DNA from: Amphiscolops sp. MND2022 | Lineage: Eukaryota | Length of the DNA stretch: 64,000 nt | Direction of reading: 5' to 3' | NCBI GenBank assembly: GCA_964187785.1 | Contig: OZ076409.1 | Location: 57,538,001 to 57,602,000 of the forward strand | In this document: one piece after another, positions 54,001-64,000 of the stretch | How the letters are laid out: each line of letters opens with the position of its first letter | How positions within the stretch are numbered: the stretch's first letter is position 1 | Program-made: the position numbers and the translations under genes | The notes under the pieces: generated by a model | Database searches by the model: none | Seen by the model: the letters and a program-made list of their open reading frames with translations, nothing else | What the model was told of the DNA's origin: nothing

Positions 54001-56603
54001 CACTTGTTCTGACAAATAGATGGAAAAATTTAGGTGAACCGAACAGTTACAAAATGAGGAATGGAGTTTGGCAGACATACAACCCACCAAGATGCCACCG
54101 AATGGAAATCAAACGGATCGAAGTGGAACTGCAACAAAAGATTAGGAAACTCGTCTGGAAAAGAATAGAACAACAGAGCCAAGAAACACCGGATGAAAAA
54201 GGCAGAGGAGAAGAAATGTTCAGAGTGATTGGGAAAATTAGAATCACACCAATCCAAAACAACACGAACGAGCAAGGGACCAGTAAAATTGAATCAACGG
54301 AAGAAACGCGAAGAAACCACATCCAAATAGTTAAATTCACGTACCGGCATTTTGCTTCAAAAAGTAACTGGGAATCAGATACATCCAAATGGGGCAAGTA
54401 AGTCATGTCCAAGAAAAGAAGGAGTGGAATTTGGGAAGAGAGGGTGAGACAGGCCGAACAAAAATTCTCAATAGATTCAAAAAGATCGGAATTGAGACGA
54501 GAAAAGATAACAAACTATTAAAAACATTGGTCTGCCTGGAGCGACAAACACATCCCAGACGAATATTAACAGTACACAAAGAATCTAGCAAAAAGATTCC
54601 GGGTAATGTGTTACGATGACAAGATAATCGTGCTAAGAAGTGTGAGAAACACTTTCATCACCCTACTTCATGAAAGACACCACTCTGTCAACAAGATGAC
54701 ATACGCAGCAAAGCCATTTTGGTGGCCGAAGATGAGCAAGGAGATTCAACAGAAAGATGACGACTGTATACCTTGCAAAAGGACTGGAAAGAACATTAAG
54801 CCTGAATAACATTTGACAGCGGTGAAATAATTACCACAATCCCAGAAACCAAACCAAGAAATCCAAATGGATTTCATTGGACCAATCAGATTTAAACAGA
54901 GACAATTGTTCATACTACTATCGAAACAGCAGACGGGCAGCAGCGTACATTTTTGAAACTCCTACGGGCAAAACCGCAAAAAGTTTTTTTAGAACGTTTC
55001 ATAATACTTAATTGTATACCACAAACCATTAGAACATAAAAAGGCACGGCTTTTGCGAGAAGAATTGAGAGAATTCAGCAAAAACATAAATTCCAAACTA
55101 GTGTACAGTACACCGTATATACATACACCAACCAGACTGGTGGAGAGAGGAATCAAAACACTAGAAGGTTACATGCGTGCAAACCCATGGGAGGGATGCA
55201 CAATGAACGAAGCTTTAAGCTGTTAACCAAATGTGATGAGAACAACGGGCAATTCCAGAACTAAAGAAACCCCTTTTGAACGACATTACGAAAGAAAACC
55301 TAGAACAGAACTGACCAAATACGTAAATCTGTCACCAAACGCTGAAATTAATGTTACTTCAGCGAAGCCAGAAACACTGTAGGTGTACATGTTCTCGAAC
55401 AATGAGGGACATCACGATCAACTGGTGATGAAAGCACCCCGCAAACTCAAGGAGGATGTTCGTAAAAACTTTCCATACACTTTTCTCGGTAAGAAAGTAA
55501 ACAAAAACAAATTCGAAGGTGCATCTGTTACTAAACCACAAACAACAGTAGCCGGAACAAAACACACATTTACGACGGGCAAAAACGAAATAATACACCG
55601 GAAAAGAGTAAACAAAACGTTGAAATCTACAGTTCAGAATCCAAAATCCAGACGAGGGAAACATCGGCGAGGACCAGATGGCTGGTTCACATTAGTAACG
55701 CTGAACCAACCAGAGACGACAACGAACGCGGAACAACCATTAAGAGCGAGCACTCCCATCTTGGAAAAGAGCATGCTGGAGACAACACTACAAAGCCCCA
55801 CTGAAGTAAGCCCCGCATACTCAGCGGGGAAAAGCAAGCTGATAAGAAACAAATTCGAACAAAAATCACGATAAGCCTGCAAATGGACCTGGAAAAGATG
55901 AACGAGTCAGAAGACATACAACAAAACATAACACCAATCTGAGATGATCCAAACGCCATAATAGTGAGCGACAGAAACGGTAATACCGATTTGATAAAAA
56001 TAGAACAAACAGAAAATTCAAATCAAAACACAAATAACCAAAACGAATTATTCACACGAAAATCAACAAGAATTAAAACGGCAAATCCTATGGTAATCCA
56101 ATAACATTGATCATTGTAGGAAAGACTGTGAACAACTGGGACAAACAAAACAGTCAGTCGAACAACTAACGCGGAGTGAACCGAAAGCAAAGCACGGATT
56201 GGTGGAAGCTTCCAGCCAATGAGGAAGAAGTAGAAGAAAACCGCTGACGGAGAATGAAGGAAGAAACTGGAACTTCTCATCAAAACAAACTGTTTTGTAC
56301 CGTTTATTTAAATAAGTCATGTTAACAATTAATTTGTCATACACCTTGGTACATAGTCCTTCGTTGAGGGGGGAATGTGACGTCATATGTTACGTCATAC
56401 TTGAGTTTAGACCATAGAGGTCACAATAATTCTACACAGTTGAGTACCCTCAACATTTATATTTACCATATATGCTTGTACATGTATATCTTAATGTAGT
56501 ATCACATTCGTATGAGATTCAGCTGGAATAGAACACGAATAACAATTTATTGATTGTTACAAGCTATACTTTCCTTATCTTGACCTTACGGTACGATAGA
56601 ACA
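51064..56603 (+). mobile_element. Ty3/Gypsy (Mag-like) LTR retrotransposon, degenerate; 5' LTR 51064-51292, 3' LTR 56376-56603
   Basis: TG..CA LTRs; PBS TGGCGCAGTCGG (tRNA-Ser-like); PPT GAGGGGGGAA; 5-bp TSD GCAAT/GCAAC. Gag, protease VIDSGS, RT (partly deleted) WLDD, RNase H DAS, integrase LHERH..FWWP..CIPC and MDFIGP; many stops and frameshifts. Confidence 0.92.
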
Positions 56604-58923
56604 GCAACCTACCGAAGAAGGTATTTTCACGCAATATTCTGAGGTTTTCGGATTAATAATTCTGTATCGGGAGTGCTAAGGGTGACCGCGTTTATAAAAC
56701 GCGTTTTACAAGCCTAAAGGTTCACACCTTTGAGTTGTGTCGGCATTGTGCGACATTGTGCGACATTGTGCGACAAAAATAGTACAGAAAAAATTAAAAA
56801 TTGGGCTTTTGTGATGTTTTCAGTTAAGAAAATCTTTTCTTTACTCTGGAATGTCCCCTTTGAAAATTCCATGGTATTAAAGTGTATGAGTAGTATCTCA
56901 ATCCACTGGGTTCTTGTCATACATTTCAATCAGGTATTTTAGTTGCTTTGCTAATTTCCGTAGTTTGGTGAAAAAAAATTCTCTTGATCGAAAGGATTTT
57001 CGAAATCAATATATGTGCTTAGTTTAGTTCTTGCAACAGATTCAAGATTTTCAGTTGATTTAGAAAATGACTCTGTGGCTGCCTTTTAAAACCAAATTCA
57101 GGTTTTCCTGTTTTCGACACGAGCTTGACGTTTTTTTCTTTTCCACTTCAGAACTGGAACGTTTTTAAAACTCTTAAAATGTTTTCTTATCGTTTGCAAA
57201 ACCACCTGTCGAAAATTTTGAAATCCGAAGGACTTTTCAGTTAGATTTGGGACTATTCAACAAGATGTTTGAGGTAATTCATCAGGTGAGAAAGTATCTG
57301 GAATCAAAAACAAGCATGGTTAATTCATCCTCCAAAAACAACAATGTTTTGACCAAAAGCTTGTTTGCCATAGATAAGGGTGTCAACAAACATAACAATG
57401 TCCTTTGAAGTTCACAAATGAAACTTTCAAAAAAAAAAGTCGTGACAATGAATGTTCTAGTATTGCAATCATTCGAAGTACCTGAATTAGCTTTTTAACC
57501 CGATCAAGATTACCAATCAGTTTTTTCACCGAATCAAAAGAAATACAGGAAGCCAAGTGGCCATGACATTTTCTGTTCACCGTTACAATACGTGTTCAAT
57601 GAAATTTGAACTATTCGAAACACCAACTAAATGTCAAATAAAATTAGTTGACTCCGCCCATTAATCAACATGAAAAAGAAACAACTTCAACAAAAATTTC
57701 TTGAACAAGCTACATCACTTTTTGGTTCATCAAAAAGTGATTGACAACTTAATTTTCACTCAACCTACGTATTCCGCAAAAGTAGAAACATTCAAGAGTC
57801 ATGCACATATAAATGCGCAAACGTTTGTCATCAAGATGTCAAGTACTCTCCCAAATTCAAGTTGACGCCTGTCAGCCATTGAAAGCTTCCTTCGCCTGAG
57901 AGACAACATCCGACCTAAGTGGCAACTACTTTGAATTTTTTCGGAAATTTGCTGAGTACTCGATTTCTTTTATTCAAGAGTTTGTGCCATAACAGAGAAG
58001 ACATACGAGCGAGCAACTGTTCCTGCAGTTTTCGATTAACAGCTTCATTCAGATATGAATTTTCCAAACATTTTTTGACTTGCTGTTCACTCAAACTCAG
58101 TTTCTTGTTTCAATAGAAAAGTGTACCGGTTTTTAAGTCACCTATTAAATGTTATCTCACCTACTTCAAACAAAAAGCTGAGGTTTGCAATCCCAGTTTT
58201 TTGTTTCGGATATTGCGTTTTGTCTAAGGTATCTAATTTGAATCTTACCTAACTTTCCATTTCTGAGTTGAAAAAACGCTTTTTGAGATACGTTATAAAT
58301 GAAGGCAGAATTGAAGTGAAAACGACTTTTTGAACAACTTTGATGCATTCACATTTTCACATTCATTGTTACAAAATCACCCAAATGTTCTGGAAGGGTC
58401 CTTGAGAAATTTCACTCTCAAAGTGAATAAAAACAGTTGTTAAAAGTTTGGACCCTTTCAACGTTTCTCACATAAGAGTTTCAGAGCAAGTACGAAGATA
58501 TCCCGAAAATTCATTCAAATAGACATATTGTCTCAAAGAAACGATTGTGGTTTCAAATCTAAGATGAGCACATTATAAATACTGATTAAAGTAATTGAAA
58601 TAATTCGAGCCGATTTCCAGCTTGCTGTATCTTGAATGTCAAAAGACCCAAGAAAAGCACTTGACTAGTTTCAAACTACGAAAACTAGATTCTCAACTTG
58701 ATAACTCAAGGGCAAGAGTCAGTTGTTAAAATGTTTAGTATCGTACCTGAAGGACCGCACGAACTGCAATATCAAAATTTTCACTATATAAATACTTTTG
58801 CAGTTCCTTTCGGTTTGCAGCAGGAGTTTTTTTGGATGCTATCACTTTCATGAAATTTCTTGACCGTTTTGCACAACCTTGTGTTAATATTTTTCGACGA
58901 TACAAACTATGATTATGAAGGAC

Positions 58924-59250
58924 AACAAGACGGGAACGTCTGAAGTCGGCGCTATTACTAAGGCTCAAAAATCGCAAATTTTTCAAAATTGCAAAAAGGG
59001 GACTTTTGGGCTTTTTGAAAACCAGTTTGTTGCAAAATATCAAAACAACTGAAGGGGCTCTTTGGAGTTATCAAAAAATGTTTGATAAAAAGTCTCGCAA
59101 AGCCAAAAAAGGGGGGTGGAAAGTCCCATAGTGCTAAGAAATTGAAAAGGGGGACCCTTCTGCTTTGCAATGGTTTTGTATTTCATGTAAGAGGCATTGG
59201 AGGCATTCAAAATCAAGTACTAAGTACCTTTGGTAAAAGTGCACAGTGCA
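58924..59250. mobile_element. Partial HINE family A copy
   Basis: AACAAGACGGGAACGTCTGAAGTCGGCGC start; distal end missing. Confidence 0.7.
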
Positions 59251-59264
59251 CATCTACAGAAACA

Positions 59265-59515
59265 GGTTGATCATACTCTGCAAAAATAAAGAAAGGTTGA
59301 TTCCAGGCTGATCATGAATTGGACCATAAGGTTTATTTTTTCAGCCTGGCATACTCCGTACCAAATATGTTTCAGTCTCTGATTACTCTATTTTCTCTTA
59401 TGGCTCAGATTTTTCTTCAACATGACTTCAATGAACATTACAGGCTCACCATAGACCGGACCACATATGGTCCAGAGTATGGTCAGCCTGGAACCACAAA
59501 TAGAAAATTAGGATA
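59265..59515. repeat. Decayed MITE with TTCCAGGCTGA(T/C)CAT repeats; related copy at ~60943-61165
   Basis: Inverted TGATCATACTCTG / CAGAGTATGGTCA motifs at both places. Confidence 0.5.
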
Positions 59516-59714
59516 ACGTAGTCAATTAACGCATACACTGATGAAAAAACTAGATATTCTTCAACCAAAGTGACAATGCGATCACAAAACTGAAAACACG
59601 GTCACAATCGTCAATTGTTGGCAGCTTTCGCTGAAATATTGGTATTTTTTTCTCGAAAGGATCAAAAACCACACTGAAAAGTGGGTACTGCTGTAACAGA
59701 AGTTAAATTCTTCT

Positions 59715-60310
59715 TTGGTTTAATTCACCAGACAACCTTTTGATTTCACTGCTTGAATCAACCTGTCCCGAACTTCGGCCGTTTCTGGCATAACCCCTGA
59801 TCTCATCGTCGTCTCTATAGGTAGAGTGAAAATTCGCATCTTTGTTCACCATTGTGTTATAGCTGGGACTTTCGGGTCTTCTAACAGAATTACTAGACTC
59901 GCTTTCTTCCCTTTCATGGTTATTTCCTCATAACATTATGTCAAGCATTCCATTGTCTGATAACCTTTATACTCCTCTTGCTTTGTTTTGTTTTCTCGTA
60001 ATAGGCATCAAGACAGTGTCAGATTATAAATAGCTGAATTATTTTAAACGGAAACTGTAGTCTCGAGTACGTTTGAACAACAGAACAATTTACAGCATTG
60101 TGTCCTCACTAGGGGAGTTACTAGTCTTTATAGTCCCACAGGGATGACATTCACACTCTTGTTCATCATCTAGTCAATTATGTCAAGGAAAATGTCATAT
60201 GACTTTCCACAACTACCATCTTAGAATATAACTTACCCATCAACAAATAATATATCAAAGTATCGGTGAAAACATACAACGCAGTACTTCAAAGGTGTTT
60301 TCAAATGACA
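59715..60310 (-). mobile_element. Old truncated LTR with gag-like ORF relic (ATG at 60008)
   Basis: MPITRKQNKAR..LSD..LDIML.GNN.ERE..EIKRLSGELNQR is homologous to the ORF starting at 63715; TATA-like TATAAA at ~60127-60132; TG start at 60310. Confidence 0.65.
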
Positions 60311-61767
60311 TGTTGTATTGCCGTTAACTAGCCTAGCATTTCTTCAAGTCATCAATAAGGTCAAAGGTATCTAAAATATGCGTCGACACACTCATGCGCG
60401 TGCTTAGTAGTACACTTATTCAGCTTCTAATTGTTAATCTTTACATTGCTTTTCACAGTGAAAATGATCATTCAGCAAAGGTTAACAGAGTTTTAAAATA
60501 GGAAAGTGTATAAGTCAGAATCTTAGAATAACTTCAAAAATTCAGCAATGTTAACAGGCTAATCTGGATATTTATATCTAATGATGAATTATAAAAATAT
60601 CAACAATTAAAATTAGAAAGTTTCCTGGTTAATATAAAAGTTCTAGTTTTGTTCAAGTATCGTGTAGGGGCCCTACTTTAGTACGTAGGCAGCGTTCCGG
60701 GTGCATTATCGTGCCCAGCTGCCGATGTCGTATTCACTGTCCCGTCACAGGCGGCAACCTTCGACAAGAGGATATAATTTGTTGTTAACTCCGCTAAGAG
60801 TTTTACGTCGGTAAGATCTACAATGTTTCGTTCGGAAAGACAAATTGTCTAACGTGGCTCTATTGCCGGTTCTGCATTCAGCCTATGAAGCTGGCGGTTC
60901 TCAATATTTTAAAAAAATTTCTCTAAATTGCATGTCACAGTAACCCACGTGGGCAACAAAAGTTTATGATTTCAGTTTGATCATATTCTGGGCCATTTGT
61001 GGTCCCAGACTGGACTACAGAAGTTTGTGGTTCCAGGCTGACCATACTCTGAATCACATATAATTCCAGATTGATCATGGTGATATAAGAGAAACAAATT
61101 TGTTTGATTTGAATGGTGCCATAAATGATCAGAGTATGATCAAGCTGGCCAAAACACCCGGGTTTCTACATCAACATTACAAAAACATTGAGGGTACAGA
61201 GTCCGGTAAGAATCTAAATTTTTCCTATCCTTTGATGGAAAGTCTGATTAATTGGCTAAACATGTTTCAATTTAGTGCAATCGAAGTTTTTTTGTGGAAG
61301 TTCTATTACTTTTACATGGATTATATCATTTATTTCAACCAGCTCCATGACGAAAAATGTGTTGCACGAAAAACGTTTGTTTGGCATGTTTAACTTTCGA
61401 TATGGAGACTCTCAGGTCCATATCTCGGCGAGACTTTGATTTCATGTTCTGTAGCCAAAACTGTATTCAGATGTGCATTATTTCACGTATTTGTAAGTGT
61501 TTGACCTGTTATATTTTAAGTTTTCACCTGCATTAGGTAATAAAATGTATTTCAACTAAATGCCAATTTTGACGTCGGAGATATGTAGGAAGTCTCAGGT
61601 TCCCTAGAAACAAATTTTTACGTGCTTGTGGAGCGTGCATGCAGTGTGCCAGCGTGTCGCCTCGGAGCTCTAAAATGGAGAGTCCCTCGACGCTATAAAT
61701 GTCTCCCTACGAGACCACTTTTTGGGTAACAAGTGGTGTTTAGACTTGTGTAAAGACTATGGACTCC

Positions 61768-62268
61768 GGGAGCGGGACCGAGCAGCTGATTTCAAACGGG
61801 ACAAAACAGCCGATTTTCAACATAGGACAAAACAGCCAATTTTAAAATAGTACAAAATCGCCGATTGGTAAAAAATAAAAATCGCCGCTTTTGTCAAAGC
61901 GTAATTTTTTCAGTTAATAAATTTATTATTATAACGTAGTCAGCTATGTTCACATACCCCTAGTGCCCTAAATGCAGGAGCGAAGCGAAGCGGAGCGACG
62001 TACCATATGGCCATGCCTTTATGTTGCTACTTGGCGAAGGGAGCGAAGCGACCGAGCCATACAACAAATATGAACCTCTTCAATTAAATCAAGTTCCTTG
62101 CATATTGGCTGTAACAGCACTCATTTTGTTCCGCGTTGAAAATCGGCTGTTTTGTCTCGTTTTGCAAGTAGGCTGCTTTGTCCCGTTTTGAAAATCGGCT
62201 GTTTTGTCTCGTTTTGGAATATCGACTGTTTTGTCTCGTTTTAAAATCGGCTGTTTTGTCCCGTATCC
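61768..62268. mobile_element. MULE-type MITE with GACAAAACAGCCGATTTT subterminal arrays and GCGAAGC core
   Basis: TIR GGGAGCGGGAC / GTCCCGTATCC, 9-bp TSD ATGGACTCC/ATGGTCTCC. Confidence 0.85.
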
Positions 62269-63115
62269 ATGGTCTCCAGTCCAGGCAACCTAAGCATCGT
62301 CCCAGCTATATTCGTGCTCCTCGGGCTGGACGTTCTGGAAAAAAGTTCGAGAATCGTAACTTCATTACATTCACAGAAAAATTGAACTGCTTCACTCATT
62401 GAACATCTGAAAAATATATGACTTTCTCAATGGAGCACCTTGTTAATGCATCGTGTTGGAAAAAAATGATAACTATCTAATTGGGGTGACGAAATTCTAT
62501 TTGGTTATGGGAAGATATCTATCACACAACAAGTCGTCTTTGATTGGGGGCGCTTTTGAGGGGCGTTTTCGATAGGCGCTTTCGAGGGGGGCCTTTTGAC
62601 GGGCGCGCTTTGTCTGGGGGCTTTTTTGCCTGGTAACCGTCTCGCCGGCGTGTTGTTTGATTTCCAAACGAAGTGCTCGTACTAATGTGTCCCTGGAAGG
62701 TACTCGACATTCTCTGAAGTATCGTGAAATTCAAAAACTGGATCATACGTAGCTTGAGAAGTATAACAACACCACCAATCTGAACAGCCAACATTATTCA
62801 GTCTCCGCTAGGAAATTTATTATGAACGTATTTATAAGCCATCTTTTCTTCCGACAGAGTAATTTTCTGACCTTTTGTTCATTCTTTGCTCTCCAATCTC
62901 TTTCATCGATTTGTTGTATATCGTAATTTCGAATATGTTCCGGATTCGGTCTTTTTTGACGATTGGCAGTTGCGTTATCAGCTTTAGTAACGAAGATTTT
63001 TTAAGCAATCAACGACAACATATCTGTTTTCAAGAGAGCAGGCAAGGCCCGGCTGAAAGAAGAAATGATTGCGATTTAATTATCCTTAACGAAAAGAGTG
63101 AGATGTGTTTCTGTA

Positions 63116-63715
63116 TTACAAAAAACAAACTCGCGTTAGGGTAGTGCTGTAAGGACTACTGTCCCTAGGTACTCTTAAGTCACCAGTAGACCGTGAGTCC
63201 TTTTTTGTAATTTTATTTCTAAACCCATTGTTAACTTCAGCGTTTTCCTGACTATTAGGGGACGAACTGGCCTCAGTGTCTCGATTCCCTGAGGGTGAAA
63301 TCGAACTCACTATAATTTGAATCTCTGGAATTACTCTCTCGGCTATTGCCGTGTTAATCGCCCTGTTTATCTGACTATGCATTAATGATATCATTGAATC
63401 CATTTCTTGTGAAAGTCTCATGTTGAATTCGCTAATGAAGGTTTCCAGTGTCTCTTGAACCCTGTCTTGCCTAGGAATTACATTTTCATGGACGTAGTGT
63501 CCAAATTCGTTTTCATGAGATTCATACCGTGCAGATTGGGGATGGGACTCAATGTCTTGATTGTTTTCCACATTCCCAATCATGTTTGAAAAATCGCGTT
63601 CAATAGGATTAGTGTTCTGATTCCCAATCATTACGTCCATATTTTCAAAGTCAGACATCATGTCCATTTCCCTTGACTTCCTAGCTTTCGCCTTTTGCTT
63701 TCTTGTTGAAGGCAT
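63116..63715 (-). CDS. Intact LTR-embedded gag-like ORF (199 aa) reading through the LTR end into flanking DNA
   Basis: MPSTRKQKAKARKSREMDMMSDFENMDVMIG...RLSQEMDSM..QINRAINTAIAERVIPEIQ (coiled-coil-like). Open across the CCTTACA end at 63148; homologous relic at 60008. Confidence 0.6.
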   Translation of the reverse strand: MPSTRKQKAKARKSREMDMMSDFENMDVMIGNQNTNPIERDFSNMIGNVENNQDIESHPQSARYESHENEFGHYVHENVIPRQDRVQETLETFISEFNMRLSQEMDSMISLMHSQINRAINTAIAERVIPEIQIIVSSISPSGNRDTEASSSPNSQENAEVNNGFRNKITKKDSRSTGDLRVPRDSSPYSTTLTRVCFL

Positions 63716-64000
63716 AAGAGACAATTGCAAGTGGTAAGAATTGATTATCTTTAGGCTTGCAAAACAAAACAAAATCATTTGATAGGCTGCAGAGAATATA
63801 TAGTTGTATCCCCGGTCCAGAAGTCCCTGGTATATATAGGACAGTTTGCATGACTATCATATATATAACCGTCATTTTCTAAAAATAGATAATCACTCGT
63901 CTAAAAATAGCATCACCTATTTATAGGTTACATGACGTAATGACCTATTGGTCACATCAAAGGCGTCACCTCGCCACACTCATCTATTTCAACTAGCGTC
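63148..64000 (-). mobile_element. Long LTR (3' or solo) of a Gypsy-type element, extending beyond the window
   Basis: Ends ...CCTTACA (minus strand) with no following TGG PBS; TATA box CTATAAATAG at ~63917-63926 upstream of the internal ORF. Confidence 0.6.

Larger units (their letters stand above)
45195..54417 (+). repeat. Tandem segmental duplication (units 45195-49664 and 49665-54417)
   Basis: Colinear, highly similar copies including flank, LTR, gag and pol; junction CATGTCCAAGAAAA|ATTTGTTG at ~49665. Confidence 0.9.

Noticed and set aside
57000..58920. Possible decayed coding element
   Set aside because: No motif recognisable on either strand; left unannotated.

Overview
AT-rich eukaryotic (invertebrate metazoan) genomic DNA with two compartments. 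(1) The first ~26 kb is a gene-dense block of four co-oriented, minus-strand, multi-exon genes whose exons I could reconstruct with consistent splice phases: a ZCWPW-like CW+PWWP reader, Rab14, TARDBP/TDP-43 and the first coding exon of a TMUB1/2 gene. Their introns and intergenic gaps are full of short Helentron-associated (DINE-1/HINE-like) elements of at least four families. (2) From ~27 kb to 64 kb is a gene-free transposon graveyard: a four-level nested insertion (LINE < MULE-type MITE < hAT < MULE-type MITE), a CRE-like non-LTR relic, Gypsy relics, a tandemly duplicated Gypsy/Mag element with a 200-N gap, and LTRs that carry their own ORF. The strongest leads are three. First, a ~135-190 bp GCGAAGC-minihairpin-rich core shared by MITEs with unrelated termini. 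Second, a multi-layer candidate autoregulatory architecture of the TDP-43 gene: poison exons, a 3' UTR intron, a UG-rich 3' splice site and a strong-Kozak uORF. Third, LTRs containing a long gag-like ORF that reads out into flanking DNA. All splice and structure calls were read by eye, with no transcript or database evidence.
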